DNA of 64,000 nt from Octopus sinensis (lineage: Eukaryota): contig NC_043001.1 in the NCBI RefSeq assembly GCF_006345805.1, positions 43,648,001-43,712,000 on the forward strand, written 5' to 3'. The position numbers were made by a program, and so were the translations under genes. This document shows positions 24,011 to 37,092 of this stretch, piece after piece. How positions within the stretch are numbered: position 1 is the stretch's first letter; the number at the start of each line of letters is the position of its first letter. The notes below the pieces were generated by a model that worked only from the letters and a program-made list of their open reading frames with translations, was not told where the DNA came from and did not search any database.

Positions 24011-24286
24011 AACATTAAATAGTGGACTTAGTGATATTACTTTTAATACATTGTTTGCAACTGTTTCACTAATTCATACTTTGACCAATCTTGTGTCATG
24101 TTCATTGGCATGCTAGCAATTATTGATTTAGTTCTATACACTGTGTGAATGGTCATTTACACAGTGCATAGAAATAAATCAATAATAGCTGACATGTTAA
24201 TGAACATGACACAAGATTGGTCAAAGTGTGAATTGGTTGCAAACAATGTATTAAAAGTAATATCACAAACTCCATTCTTTGATGTT
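24011..24286. repeat. ~275-bp near-perfect palindrome (foldback MITE-like)
   Basis: Arms pair from the centre (gtgtgaatg-gt-catttacac, 24152-24153) out to aacattaaatagtggac / ctccattctttgatgtt, with one ~8-nt indel. Confidence 0.88.
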
Positions 24287-24453
24287 TTCATTGCATACAT
24301 ACGTACATACATAGCAGCTTCATTTCTGGGATTTCCAGTTTTTTTTTTTTTTGTTAAACAGTGTGTGTACATTTATAAGTATATCTGTATAAACTTGCCT
24401 GTACACACTTGTGTGTACATGCATGTTTTACTGCTTTGGGTGTATTGACTCAC

Positions 24454-24560
24454 CGTAAACAAATGTGATGGTATGTTGATTTTGTTCCATATCAATTTGT
24501 AATAATATTTATCCGGATCTTCATCGACCACCTTCACAGCATTGGGCTCAGGGTATCGTT
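24454..24560 (-). CDS. SORL1: SORL1 exon, FN3-6 first half
   Basis: tgcag|AA CGA...ACG|gtgagt; RYPEPNAVKVVDEDPDKYYYKLIWNKINIPSHLFT. Confidence 0.86.
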
Positions 24561-25809
24561 CTGCAACAGAATAATAACTATCAGAAACTGGTAGTGCAAA
24601 ATTAGCACAGAGAAACCTATTGAACTTGGTATTCTGGCAAAGTTACAGAATAGGACCCATTAGAAACAAACAATATCATCATAATAATCAATACTATTTG
24701 ACAAAACTAATATTCTTTAGAAAAGTGAAAGAAATAATGCTGGTTAGTGAATCATGTCAAGTTACACATGACTTGTAGCGTGCGAGAGAGAGAGAGAGTG
24801 TGTGTACATATTGTGTACATATGTGAATGGGATACGAGTAGTTGATGTGGTGCCTGAAGAATTTCAAGTTAGTGAATTGTGGCTATTTATTAGCGGATGT
24901 AAGTTCTACAAAGTAGTATTCCATGAAATGATCAACTATCTATAATGCTTGTTACAGGGTTTAGAGTTGGGAATGAGGTAAGCAAGCACAATCAAGGTTG
25001 GAATACATCTAAAAAGTTCCAAAGAGTAGAATCTATAACAGAGCCAGTAGAAATAGTAGTGAGATGTGCTTGGCTAAGAATAGATGACTTTCAGTATGGC
25101 AAAGTGTACCTGCCAGACATGCACATCTTCCATAGTTTCAAAATATCCTTCAATGATGGTATTATAACTTTCAGTACCAATCCACCTAACTCTATGATAC
25201 AAAACCAATTTTTAAAAATTATTCCTATTTAATTTAAAACCTCCCCTCATAATTTTAAAGTAGAGCCTTTGCTTATGCTATAAACACCAATTTGATAATA
25301 AATTACTTATTTTACTCTCCTCGTGCCCGATTACTTTCAAAATTAATTAAATATCATAGGCAACGTATTACATTAGGAATCTGGTCATGGAAATGTTTAT
25401 CTCACAAAACGGTTCTAAACATATGATTCAAGAATCAAACTTGCAATTCTCCATCTTCACTACACAAATAGCATACAACTAAAATCACAGCATACTCTAA
25501 AATTCAGTACTTTACAATACTTGATGATTTTCAATGTGTATTACACATATTTTACATAACACAGAGTGCATTTACAGTGACCACCAAAGCTTTGAGTGCT
25601 GCATATGTCTAAGGAGGTGTGGTGTCTTGGTGTTTTCTTGTTACAAGTGGCAATTGAGATATTCGTTTTTTGGCATAAAAAGAGACAAGATCTTTATGAG
25701 TTAAATGTTTCAGCTCTTAGCAAATACTGAATCTCTACAAAGTGCAGGTAAGGTCCACAATGGAGTATCACTCCCATATCTTGAATGGTGCTGCTGCTGT
25801 ACACACAAA

Positions 25810-26030
25810 TACAAGAGGGTACTGAAAAGTTCCGGGCTTTTAGGTTATCACAAAAGGCCAGGTTGGAAGCCCAACCTTCTGAGTTCTTTTACAGGTTTTA
25901 GAAAAACTGAAGGACCACTGCAATTAGTGTGTGAATCTGAGAGGGAAATATGTTGAATAAAATCATAATTAACTGATCCTCCTGTATTTTCTTTTACCCA
26001 AAGCCAGAAACTCTTCAGTATCCCCTTGTA
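25810..26030. mobile_element. Mariner-derived MITE, copy 2
   Basis: tacaagagggtactgaaaagttcc...gaaactcttcagtatccccttgta; homologous to 1371-1591. Confidence 0.82.
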
Positions 26031-26039
26031 ACTTAGATC

Positions 26040-26320
26040 ATGTTCAGAGAAAGTCACCCAACTGATGGACATAAAATCCCTCACAGACGTGCTTCAGATT
26101 CTGGTGCACAAATGCGATGTCTTCTCTCTCTGCCTTTTCTACCACTATTGTAATGATCTCTATTTGCTCATTTGTTGGCTGATCTTATGCCACCTCCTCT
26201 CAGACACTTCTAGCCCACTCATCTTTCTTCTGCTCATCATCCATGTTATGTCCAACCACCAGGCCCTGCACTAACCACTATACCCAATCCTTTCTCCCTA
26301 GAACATCATCTTACTGGAAT
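26040..26320 (+). mobile_element. CR1-type LINE ORF2 C-terminal remnant
   Basis: LVHKCDVFSLCLFYHYCND...HYTQSFLPRTSSYWNL resembles the CR1 motifs SL.LFYRYY.G and SFFPRT..LWN. Confidence 0.6.
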
Positions 26321-27011
26321 CTGGTCTATAACAAAACATCAAGATCATCAGTCTTGGAGAAGCTGCAAAGGTCATGAGCAGTGCCTTTTGTCTGGACTTA
26401 GCAAGTAAGGTAAAAATAAAAAAGAGAGGGCCTGAAAGGGCTAGGGTTGCTCCTTCTTCCTTATATATATATTTGTATTTGTGTAACATTCCCCGTTTTT
26501 TTCCATCCGTTTTCGTATACATTCACTGCTTTCTTCCAAGGAATCTAATGCTCTTAGCTTAGTTTTTCCTTGGGGCTGGCCAGATTGGAGCAATCTCGAG
26601 TATAACCAGCCAAAATTGCAAAGATAATCTGGAACTCGACTGAGGATAGAAAACTCCGAATGATCCGTCCTTGTTTTCTTTGTATCGTCTGACTGGATGT
26701 TTTGCATTCTTGTCCCATTTTTATATTTTCTATATATAAAAATATATAGCAGCATACGTACACTTTGGTCTCTCTCTCTCTATATATATAATACTGATGG
26801 TAAAGTATGATCATGTAGACATCATATATTTGTCATAGGTAATGGAATCAGAACTAAGAGATTGCCATAGTCATAGTTTGTAAAGGCTGGTCAATCAGTA
26901 AAGACACTTTTTAGTTTGGTGATGTGTATATGTAAAATGCATTATTTGAACAATTGAGTATACAAGGAAAATGAGATAAAGAAAACAGAACAGAAAAATA
27001 ATACAACTTAC

Positions 27012-27177
27012 CAACTTGCCATAAGACTGGTATTGAAAGACGAGACTGGCTAAGACCTATGGAAATATTGTAAGTGGCACCACGTCTGAAGTTACAGATC
27101 TCAGTTGAAAGATATTTCTTGTCTGTAGGTGGCAGTGGTGACACTGAGTTAGAGCCATTGATATAGATGATGTATAC
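27012..27177 (-). CDS. SORL1: SORL1 exon, FN3-5 second half
   Basis: tacag|GTA TAC...GTT G|gtaagt; VYIIYINGSNSVSPLPPTDKKYLSTEICNFRRGATYNISIGLSQSRLSIPVLWQV. Confidence 0.87.
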
Positions 27178-27805
27178 CTGTATATCAAGTAAGTGACAGT
27201 CAATAAACATATTTCTTTAACATGCAATAACAAAAAAATATTTTCATTGAAGAAAAAAATGAAAAAAAAATATAAAAGAAAAACAATGTGTTGAAAATAC
27301 CTGAAGATATTTGTATTATGATTTAGTTTTACTTAAACTCAGTTTCTGGTCATCATATTTTATTGTTGATAATGTAATTTATAAGAAAGACAGATACTCC
27401 CAAAACTCTTCTTTAATTAGTCATAAATCTTAGAGTAATGACTAGTTAATGTGCACAGGTCAAAGGAGATGTTGCCTCCAGCAGTCATTTGCATTTAGAA
27501 CCACTAAAACAATGTATAAAATATTCAGTTTTTACACTCTTAGTCTTTGAGCAAATTTTGGATCTCTTCTGTGGCCATTGTCACACATCTTGAAATTTTA
27601 AAATTAAGTGAAAATTTTCAAATTTGGTATATTGATGTAACTTTTCATGCTGAATCCAAATAGACATTGACTATATTCCCTGTCTAAGAGAAACTGTCTT
27701 TCCATCAGATAGTTTATAAAAAAAAAAAGTCTATAAATTTGCTACGACAGCACTACGTTAAATATTTTTACATTAGATTTAAGCTATTTCAGCAAAAAAA
27801 CTAAC

Positions 27806-27909
27806 CTGTTTAATTTTTTCTTCTGAGCATGGTGGCTGCCAGGTGATATTTATACAACTCTTATTGGTGCCTTCAGTCACATGCACTTCTTTAGGTGGTG
27901 CTCGAACAT
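27806..27909 (-). CDS. SORL1: SORL1 exon, FN3-5 first half
   Basis: tcaag|AT GTT...CAG|gttagt; VRAPPKEVHVTEGTNKSCINITWQPPCSEEKIKQ. Confidence 0.9.
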
Positions 27910-28094
27910 CTTGATTTTAAAAAAAAGCAACGAAACGTTTACAATTCAAGTCACGCAATCATAATGAACAGAGTTGAGAAACTGAGACATACACAACAGC
28001 CAGCCTCTAAAATGAGTTTTATTAAGAAACCTTTCAGTGACAAACTGCAGTCTTTAATAAACATTGAACTTTCTCTGTTATCATAATGGCCTTG

Positions 28095-29366
28095 AATCTA
28101 CCAGAACTAGAGAAGTTTCAGGTGTGGAAGCAATGTCTAAAATTGAAGGGCCTTAGAGTCAATCTAGCAAAAACCAAAGTCTTAGTAAATAGGAAGGCAG
28201 ACAAATCACAAATCCCTTCAGGTAGATGGCCCTGCTCGATCTGTAGAAAAGGTGTAGGTAGAAACTCCATAAGATGTACCTGGTATAAGCTATGGACATA
28301 TAAGAGATGCAGCAATATCAAAGGAAGTTTAACTGAGAAGATAGTCTTTTATGTGTGTCAGATGCACAGGGGCAATAAACACTTAAGATGTACAGAAAAC
28401 AGATTCCATCACATGCCAGGGGGAAAAACTAGAAGTAGTTGATAGCTTCCGTTACCTAGGTGACCAAGTCAGTTGTGGGGATGGATGCTCTGAGAGCGTA
28501 GCTACCAGAATAAGAATAGCCTGGGTAAAGTTCAGAGAGCTCCTACTTCTGCTGGTAACAAAGGGCTTCTCACTCAGAGTGAAAGGTAGACTATGATGTA
28601 TCTGTGCAAACAGCCATACTACACAGCAGTCATGGGCTGTGACTGCCGAGGACATGCTAGGCTTGAAAAAAAAATGAAGCTAGTGTGCTTCACTGGATGT
28701 AAGCACCCTGAGAGAAAAGTTGGACATAAGAAGCATCAGATGTGGTGTGCAAGAAAGATGACTGCACTGGTAAGGATGAGGACAACTGTGTGAAGAAGTG
28801 TCACACTCTTGGAGGGAACATGTGGAAGAGGTAGACCAAAGAAAACATGGGCTGAGGTAGTAAAGCACGACCATCAAACGTTGGGCCTCATAGAGGCAAT
28901 GACAAGCAACTGAGACCTTTGAGGATATGCTGTGCTTGAGAAGACACAGCAAGCCAAGTGGGATTGTAGCCCTGGCTGATGCCAGTGTTGCATAACTGAC
29001 CCTTTATAAATACTCTTCAATCGTCGGGCAATATTCTGTGCTTGAGAAGACCTGTTGAGTCAAGTGAAATGGTAGTCGTGTCTGATGCCAGTGCTGCCTA
29101 TCTGGCATGTAAAAAGCACCATTTGAACATGGCCAATGCCACATAAGCACCATTCAAGTGTGGTTGATGCCAGTGCCACCTGGTGGCACATAAAAAGCAC
29201 CCACTACACTCTCAGAGTGGTTGGCATAAGGAAGGGCATTGAGCTGTAGAAACCTTGCCAAATCAGATTGGAGCCTGGTGCAGCTTCCTGGCTTGCCAGT
29301 CCTCAGTCAAACTGTCCAACCCATGCCAGCATAGAAAGCGGACGTTAAACGATGATGATGATGATG
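28095..29366 (+). mobile_element. 5'-truncated RTE-type LINE
   Basis: LPELEKFQVWKQCLKLKGLRVNLAKTKVL...WPCSICRKGVGRNSIRC...; YLGDQV; tail ...atagaaagcggacgttaaacgatgatgatg. Confidence 0.9.
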
Positions 29367-29480
29367 ATTGTTAATCTCAACAAAATATCATAGTTGCTGT
29401 TGTTAGCTGATCTAACGCAACAGTAATGACTATTAAAGTTAATATTTTATGTGATATGATGGATATAAAACAGTATTTAC

Positions 29481-29691
29481 CTGATGAAGTTTGGAAGAGT
29501 ATTTCAGAACTGAGTTGGCTAAGAGGGATTGTCTTGGATCTTACCACTGCAACTTTTACAATATAAGCTTCACACGCCTGTAAGTTCTGTAAGACCATAA
29601 ACTGGGATGTTGTGTATTCTACCCATCTTGCATCTTTTATGTGAGAATTCTCTAAATGACGAGGAATTGTGTCATAGAAAATGGCAAACCG
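29481..29691 (-). CDS. SORL1: SORL1 exon, FN3-4 second half
   Basis: tgcag|CGG TTT...TCA G|gtaaat; RFAIFYDTIPRHLENSHIKDARWVEYTTSQFMVLQNLQACEAYIVKVAVVRSKTIPLSQLSSEILFQTSS. Confidence 0.9.
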
Positions 29692-30199
29692 CTGCAATCA
29701 GGTTGAAACAGAAAAGAGTTAGGAGTAGAAAATATATTTGAAATACAATTATCATCAGTTTTAATTTATTGATTCCAAGGTGATCACAAAGTTTCTTGCT
29801 AATTGTCTTTTAGATCTTACTTTCTTAATTGATGTGTATATTGATTTAAATTCAAACAAGCTGAATACAAAATGTATTATAGTGTTTCTGCCAAAGAGCA
29901 ATCTAAAAATATTTGCATTTTAGGATATGTATGTACATAACATACGGAGACCAACGAAAACATGCTGGACCGATATAGATGTGTTATAGTGGCTATAATA
30001 TTATCATTACAGGTTGGTGATCATTATATAGATTAAAAAGAAAACTGAAAGATAAGTGATCTTTGTGGATGTCACATTTAGCTGGAAGAGGGTAATCTAT
30101 AAAAGCTACACATAAATAAATAATGACACTGATGTGATTTCTCTTTTGCTCTGATACATTTAGTTTTATACATTTAGTTTATTCCATAATGCTATATGG

Positions 30200-30500
30200 T
30201 GTGGAGGCGCAATGGCCCAGTGGTTAGGGCAGCGGACTCGTGGTCGGAGGATTGTGGTTTTGAATCCCAGACCAGGTGTTGTGTGTGTTTATTGAGCTAA
30301 AACACCTAAAAGCTCCACGAGGCTCCAGCAGGGAGTAGTGGCAACCCCTGTTGTACTCTTTCGCCACAACTTTCACTCTCTCTTCCTGTTTCTTGAGTAA
30401 CACTGCGATGGACTGGTGTTCTGTCCAGCTGGCGGAACATATACGCCACGGAAACCGGGCCCATGAACCTGGCAAGGCTTGAAAAGGGTGACGTTTATTG
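30200..30500 (+). mobile_element. tRNA-derived SINE, family C
   Basis: tRNA-like head ggcccagtggttagggcagcggactc...ttgaatcccagacc (A and B boxes) and central gcgatggactgg...cggaaaccgg domain resembling MetaSINE (recalled, not searched). Confidence 0.75.
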
Positions 30501-31051
30501 TTATAATGCTATATAAGTTATCTGATGATCATTTTCAAGTGACTTCTATCTTTTATTTCTAGACGGCCCAGGTAAATGTTAATTAGCTAATATTATTTTT
30601 ACCCATGACCTGTCTTTTTAACACACAGTAAAAGCAACTAACAAGGTTGATGACTGAAAGGGCATCTGGCTGAAAATTACTGTCTCAAAAAAGGAACCAT
30701 GTGTATGAGTACTGTCATGGGGCCTGCAAAGCAAATTCCCGCTTTAGCAGGGAAAATGGCATTAAAATGTTTGCTGCTATATAATTCTTATCAACTAGGT
30801 TATTTCATCCGCATGATTTAGCTTCCTATATAACATATCTTCTACCTTAAGTACATTGTTGATAAAATTCATGTTTTCAGGATTGGAATGTATTATCTGT
30901 GAGATGAATGTACTCAATATACTCAAATTATTAATTCATCGCCAAAGAATCAACACATATTTTCACAGTAAGTTTCGTTATCATATAGCATTACATCAAT
31001 ATATCTATATCTAAAAAAATAAACAGAAAAAAACTGAAAAGATAATTTTAC

Positions 31052-31149
31052 CTGGTGATGACCAAGGCTTGGTCCAATCCATGTGATATTGAAAGAATTA
31101 TTTTTTACCAATATTGCTGCCAGAATATCGGGCATTGTAATTTCTTTAC
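31052..31149 (-). CDS. SORL1: SORL1 exon, FN3-4 first half
   Basis: attag|GT AAA...CAG|gtaaaa; KEITMPDILAAILVKNNSFNITWIGPSLGHHQ. Confidence 0.85.
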
Positions 31150-31720
31150 CTAATGGATGAAAAACAAAACTGAATAAATTATTCACATTCAAGAGGTTCA
31201 TCATTACAAGGAAATAACAATTACAATAACCAGTATCATATCTTCAAGACACAAACACCTAGTATCCCTGATGTCTTTCTTGGTATTAAAAAGGATAATT
31301 TATTTTTCATTCTCGTGTTACAAGCAAAATTTCCATTTTGGGTACTCTGTAACATAATCTGCCACTTAATGAAAATTTTGTGCTGCTTGCTTTGGCAACT
31401 CTGTTCTACAGTTGACAAATGATACATTAGGCATACTGTGAATCATAAAATTTATTTTGCTATAATTTCATTACAAAATGATATTAAGAAGAAGAGATGT
31501 TTACTACATGTTTATGTAAATAGAGCAGAGGAAAATTATGAAGTAAAACTCTTAAGTAATTAATACCATCACTGAATTAAACATGGTTTAGAATAACATG
31601 CTACAGAAAGGATGAGTTCATTAGAACACACAATACATAAAAGTTAGCATTTATTTATTTGTAATATGAGTCTCTAATCTCAAGAATATAATAAACTTTC
31701 CAGTCAGTCATAGCTTAGGC

Positions 31721-31865
31721 CACTAGCGTAGCTTGGGGGCAGTAGGGGCAGCCTGTCCCAGGTGGCACTTTTGGGTCTGCTGTAGGCGATATGTGTTTTT
31801 GTGGGGTCCAAGGACAGCAAATGGAAGGGCCGCCCTGGGTAGCACACACTCTAGCTATTCTAGTG
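31721..31865. mobile_element. hAT-type MITE, 145 bp
   Basis: Ends cactagcgtagct / agctattctagtg; 8-bp TSD gcttaggc (31713-31720) / gcttaggt (31866-31873). Confidence 0.82.
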
Positions 31866-32310
31866 GCTTAGGTAGTTCTGTCTATGTCTCTCTTCCTCTG
31901 TCCTTTAGGTATGGATGGAGTTCTTGTGATACTCTTCTCTCTCCTAAGAGTACAAGTATTGTAAATGAAGAAATATTTTTAACTAAGATTTGAACTTGAG
32001 TTAAACAATACTTGCACTGAAGCATAAAACTAAAATTAACCTAGCCAACAACAGAGCCATTTCATGGTCACTCAATCTGTTAGTAGCCAAATCTCTTTCA
32101 ACTAGTTTTTCAGAAAAGTACACATGCAGCAAAAAAAAAAAATGACAGGATGATCATTGTTTGGATACCTCTAACCAATGGTCTGGTTGACTGAGGCTAA
32201 CTTGGGGTTAAACAACAACAATAACAATAATACAAATAATGATTATAAAAAATGTAAATAAAGCAAATGAGAGAACAAAAAAAATAGTTCAAGTAACAAA
32301 GATCCTGTAC

Positions 32311-32409
32311 CTTTTGTGTGAACAGATATCTCTACAGGGGGACCAGCTGATATATCATTGTAACCCTGGACTCGGATTAAATAATTGCAGCCAGGAGCCA
32401 AGTTATTAA
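32311..32409 (-). CDS. SORL1: SORL1 exon, FN3-3 end
   Basis: ttcag|TT AAT...AAA G|gtacag; NNLAPGCNYLIRVQGYNDISAGPPVEISVHTK. Confidence 0.9.
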
Positions 32410-32624
32410 CTGAAACAAACAGGAAAGATCATTAGAAAACATAAGAATAAACAGATAAAATTGATATCCAGCAGAGCCAAGCGCTGAATCAAAAACATTC
32501 ATCAAGGGGTGACTAGAACAAGGGTTCCCAACCTTTTTTTAGATTTCATATAATAAAACAACTGATGAAGAGAAAATGAAAAATATCGTTTTAAAACATT
32601 AAATTTAAATAACAATAATAATGA

Positions 32625-33010
32625 AAAATAATATGTGGTTAAGAAGTTTGCATCCCAACCCAATGGTTTCAGGTTCAGCCCCACTGCATGGTACTTTGAG
32701 GAAGTATCTTCTACTATAGTTCCCAAGGTAACCAAAGCCTTGTGAGTGGATTTGGTAAACAGAAATTGAAGGGCACGTTTTATGTGTGAGTGTGTGTCTG
32801 CTGTATGTTTGTGTCTTCTGGTCTTGACAGCACATGATTGTAAATTAATGTCCTTTATTTCCAATATTCTGAGGAAATATCTTTGGTCATAGGAAAATAT
32901 TACCTTGCTTAGAAACAGGTAAGGGATGACAAAAGAAAGGGCATCTAGCCATTGAAAATCTACCTAAAAAAGAAAATTCCATCCGTCCCATGCAAGCATG
33001 GAAAAACAAT
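32625..33010 (+). mobile_element. Family-B-related SINE
   Basis: tgtggttaagaagtttgcatcccaacc...ggttcagcccc...accaaagccttgtgagtggatttggtaaacagaaa. Confidence 0.75.
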
Positions 33011-33249
33011 ATTTCAATTACTTATGAACTAAAGATGAACAGATACCAGAACCAAACACAGTATTTTACACTACTCTGTTAGCAACACAGTAATTAAGAG
33101 ATATATAATACAGATTGTTAAATCCAAAATGATAGAATGAAAAAGAAAATTTAGCATTTTTTCACAAAATAGGTCCACTTCACATTTTGTATTCATTTTT
33201 AAAAAAAAATCTATAACTGAAATTATAATGAAAAAAATATATATGTATA

Positions 33250-33680
33250 GGTGCAAGTGTGGATGTGTGGGAAGAACCATATAGTTCCAGGTTCAGTCCT
33301 ACTGTGTGGCACCTTGGGCAAGTATTTTCTACTATAGCCTTGGGCTGACCAAAGCCTTGTTAGTGGATTTGGTAGACAGAAACTGAAAATAAGCCTGTCG
33401 TATATATATGTATGTATGTGTTTGTCACCCCACAAAAACACTAACCGATGTTGGTGTGTTTACATCCCTGTAACTTAGCAATTCGGCATTGTATTGAAGA
33501 CTTTACTCAAACAATCAACCTCTGTACTCATGGGTTTTTTTTTTAAAGTCTGGTACATATTCTATCGGTCACTTTTCCTCAAACTGCTAAGTTATAGGGT
33601 TGTAAACAAGCCAACATCAGTTGTCAAGTGGTATGGGGTGGCAAACACAAACATAAAGACACAATGCAATGATAAATGAG
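33250..33680 (+). mobile_element. Family-B SINE
   Basis: ccaggttcagtcctactgtgtggcaccttgggcaagtattttctactatagcc...gtaaacaagccaacatcagttgtcaag. Confidence 0.75.
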
Positions 33681-34110
33681 AGCGAGATAAAAAAATATTT
33701 TCAAAAGACTTAAAAATAGGAGATATGTTATCCAAGATAGCTTAGTTCTAGATTTATTAAACATTAAAACATAATTTGATCAAGGTTTGAACACTTTCAC
33801 CATATGTCTGCTGAATCAAGGCTAGTCTGGCACTATACCATTAACAATACAAAAAAACACCTATTTTTAGATTTCAATCTAAAGACTGATACTTCAAAAT
33901 TTAAACCACTAAGTTACTTCGCTTCAGCTTAGTAGTATAAAAGGAGATGATGATGGTGGTGGTGGTAGTCATCGTCATCATCATCATCATCATCTTTTAA
34001 TGTCCATTTCCCATGCTGGCATGGGTTGGTTGTTTTGACTGAAAACTGGTAAGCTGGGGAGCTTTAGCAGTATAAGAGGTATTTAAAAAAAAAATTATTA
34101 TTTCACTTAC

Positions 34111-34336
34111 TAGTTACAGTTTCCTTCTGAACATCAATGCGGTGTTCAGCATTCCATATATCAAGATATATGACTTTGTAAGCTTTTGCCTTAGGTACCC
34201 GATTCCAAGAGAGAGTAACTTGATAATTTTCAGACTTCTTTGTAAGTCCTGTAACTGGACTAATCACTCCACCTCTGTCATAGGTTACATTATTTTCACA
34301 GGCTACACCATCACCTGAACTGGTTGCAGCAAGAAT
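34111..34336 (-). CDS. SORL1: SORL1 exon, FN3-2 end and FN3-3 start
   Basis: attag|ATT CTT...ACT A|gtaagt; ILAATSSGDGVACENNVTYDRGGVISPVTGLTKKSENYQVTLSWNRVPKAKAYKVIYLDIWNAEHRIDVQKETVT. Confidence 0.9.
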
Positions 34337-35524
34337 CTAATACAGAAATACAAAAATGTACATGCATATAAAGAGACAGAAGAGAATGAAATGTACAGAA
34401 AAAGAGACAAGAACAAAAAGGGATGAGAGAGAGAGAGAGAGAGAGAAAAACAAAGAGAGAAGAATTATGAGAGAGAGGAAAGAAATGAGATAGAAAAAGG
34501 TAAGGAAGTAATAGACTGAAGATGATATGGAGATTGAAGAAAACAAGAAGAGTGTGAAGTGATTGATACGTGTCCCATAAGACGGTGAGAATTAGAATAA
34601 GGGATTAAAGGTTGGCGCCATCAGGTTCATTTTGGGCAAGTTAACTATACAAACAATGATGGTGGGTAGCTATTGAGGAAGTAAATTAGAATTTTCCCTT
34701 TTAATTAAAGGTACTGACTACTGGATTGGCTTCTACACAATTTCTCTTATAAACCTGTCAGGTTGTCCAAATATAAATAATACTTAAGTGTTGCTTTTTT
34801 TTCTTTTTACTGAGTCTCAAGTTGAAGGAATGATAAGTTCATAAAAATGAAGAATGAAGTCAAAATGCAAGAAAGAAGTAGAAATTAGTAAGAGATAGGG
34901 TAAAATGAAAATTAAATGAAATAATCATCATCATTTAACGTCCGTTTTCCATGCTGGCATGGGTTGGACGGTTTGACTGAAGTCTGGAGAGCCCCATCCT
35001 CTTAGGTGAGAGTGCGTAGGGTGCTTTTTGTAAATTTTGATATTCCCATTTAAACTGATGGAAGAAATAGTCTTCCAGTAGGGAGAGGGGGAGAGAAAGG
35101 GGGCAGACAAAGATAGGCGAAGTTATAGTTACAACATAATGACCAAGTTTAAACAATGAAATTAGTTACGAAATTGATATATATTTAATACTAACCCATG
35201 CCAGCATAGAACATGGATTTATACTTTGTCAGAACAGTATTAGAGATGTTGCAGCATTATATACAAGCAAAAAAAGTTTTTTTAAAGTCTTTTAAGCCCT
35301 AATGGGGTTTAAAAGACCATTGTTTTGGATCAGGTGCTAATCTATCTAAGGCAACATTTCCAGAGAAATGTTTTATGCTTATTCTCCAGGGTTAGGTGAA
35401 CTAAGGCAATTTACTACCCAGATACATACATAATGGATTTGAGCACAGGTTTTTAGTTATCTATTCAATATCTTATTCAAACAGTGTTTTCACTTCTATG
35501 TTACACACATTATATTTTCTTTAA

Positions 35525-35760
35525 AAAGGGCGGCGAGCTGACAGAATCGTTAGTATGCCGGGTGAAATGCTTAGCGGTATTTCATCTGCCGTTATGTTCT
35601 GAGTTCAAATTCTGCCGAGGTCGACTTTGCCTTTTGTCCTTTCAGGGTCGATAAATTAAGTACCAGTTACGCACTGGGGTCGATGTAATCGACTTAATAC
35701 CTTTGTCTGTCCTTGTTTGTCCTCTCTATGTTTAGCCCCTTGTGGGTAATAAAGAAATAT
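35525..35760 (+). mobile_element. Family-A SINE, near full length
   Basis: gggcggcgagctgacagaatcgttag...ttctgagttcaaattctgccgaggtcgactttgcc...aataaagaaat. Confidence 0.85.
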
Positions 35761-35906
35761 ATATTATATTTTCTTTAAAAATTCAAAGTTCTTACACTTT
35801 GCAATGTTTAAACAATATTTAATGTAGTGAAATCACAAAGAGAGAGAAGAGATGGACAAGCTCACAGCTATTAGTAATGAAGGATGAATTAAAAAAGCAG
35901 GCTTAC

Positions 35907-36032
35907 CTTTATGATAAAAGTGTGATTCTTTATTAAGGGCTGAGAAGTCAGGGTTACTGAATAGTTTGATTGACTAGTGTCTTTGACACCAATTCTGTAT
36001 TGGTTCCCAATGCTTGTGTCTTCAATGGTAAC
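35907..36032 (-). CDS. SORL1: SORL1 exon, FN3-2 middle
   Basis: tgcag|GTT ACC...AAG|gtaagc; VTIEDTSIGNQYRIGVKDTSQSNYSVTLTSQPLIKNHTFIIK. Confidence 0.87.
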
Positions 36033-36304
36033 CTGCAAAAGAAAATGGCAAGATTGGAGGATAATGAAAAACTGATGCTGCAATTTTGAAGGAGTTTGCT
36101 AATGTGTGCAAAGAGTCAAGAACTTCAACATAGATATTTTATGCAAATGGATGATGAACACTGGATGTTAAATGTGCAGATATGAACCACCAAGTGAGCC
36201 TCTATGTTGTCACTCAACCTGCTAGAAATAGAGACGAAATATCTCTTACATCACACCTGATGGTTTTAAGAAAGGACATACTGAATAATGTTTTCCCAGG
36301 AACA

Positions 36305-36915
36305 CTCATCATCATCATCATTTAACATCTGTTGTCTATGCTGGCATGAGTTGGACAGTTTCACTGGGCTGGCATGCTGCACCAGGCTCCAGTCTGATTT
36401 GGCATAGTTTTCTACAGCTGGGTGCCCTTCCTAATACCAGTCACTCTGAGAGTGTAATAGGTGCGATTATGTGCCACTTGCACCACACCAGTATCTGCTA
36501 CAACCGTGATTTTGCTCGGCTTGATGGGTCTTCTTCTCAAGCATGACATAATGCCAAAGGTCTTGGTCACTGCCTCCATGAGGCCCAATACTAGAAAGAA
36601 ATTTGGCCACTTTGCCCTCATGGGACTCAACACCTGAAAGGGACTCTGCCACTTTGCCTCCATGAGGCCCAATGCTCATAAGGAACTCAACCACTTTGCC
36701 TCTGTCAGGCCCAACGTTCAAAAGTATTCTTTACGTGCCACCAGCATAGGTGCACTTGGCTTGACAGGTCCTCTTAAGCACAACACATCACCAAAGGTCT
36801 GATTACTAGTCATTGCCTCTGTGAAGTTTAAAGTTCGAAGATCATGCTTCCCCACCTCGTCCCATGTCTTCCCGGGTCTACCTCTACTACAGGTTCCCTC
36901 CACAGTTATCACACC
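36305..36915 (-). mobile_element. RTE-type LINE 3' fragment
   Basis: Minus translation VEGTCSRGRPGKTWDEVGKHDLRTL; tail gatgttaaatgatgatg; internal ~35-bp repeats ccactttgcctc...ggccc. Confidence 0.8.
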
Positions 36916-37092
36916 AATTTTACCCATCTCCCTCCTCCCTCTTAAAGTAGAGACAGTGGTTCTTTTCTTCAGATACAATGATAAAGTAGAAATTAATCAG
37001 TGAAATGCTTTTAACTATACACTCATGCTAATGTTATCGGTATTATTAGAGAAGAAAATTGCACCTCAATTACAAAGCAATTTCATACTCAC

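Noticed and set aside
26640-26668. Third hammerhead-like string CTGAGGA...CGAAT in a common repeat
   Set aside because: Core CUGAGGA is canonical, but stem II is ambiguous, GAAA is GAAU and I could not identify stems I and III.
30210-30285. tRNA-like sequence as a tRNA gene (also the heads of family A and B repeats)
   Set aside because: Acceptor and T stems do not form, and the sequence continues directly into a SINE body.
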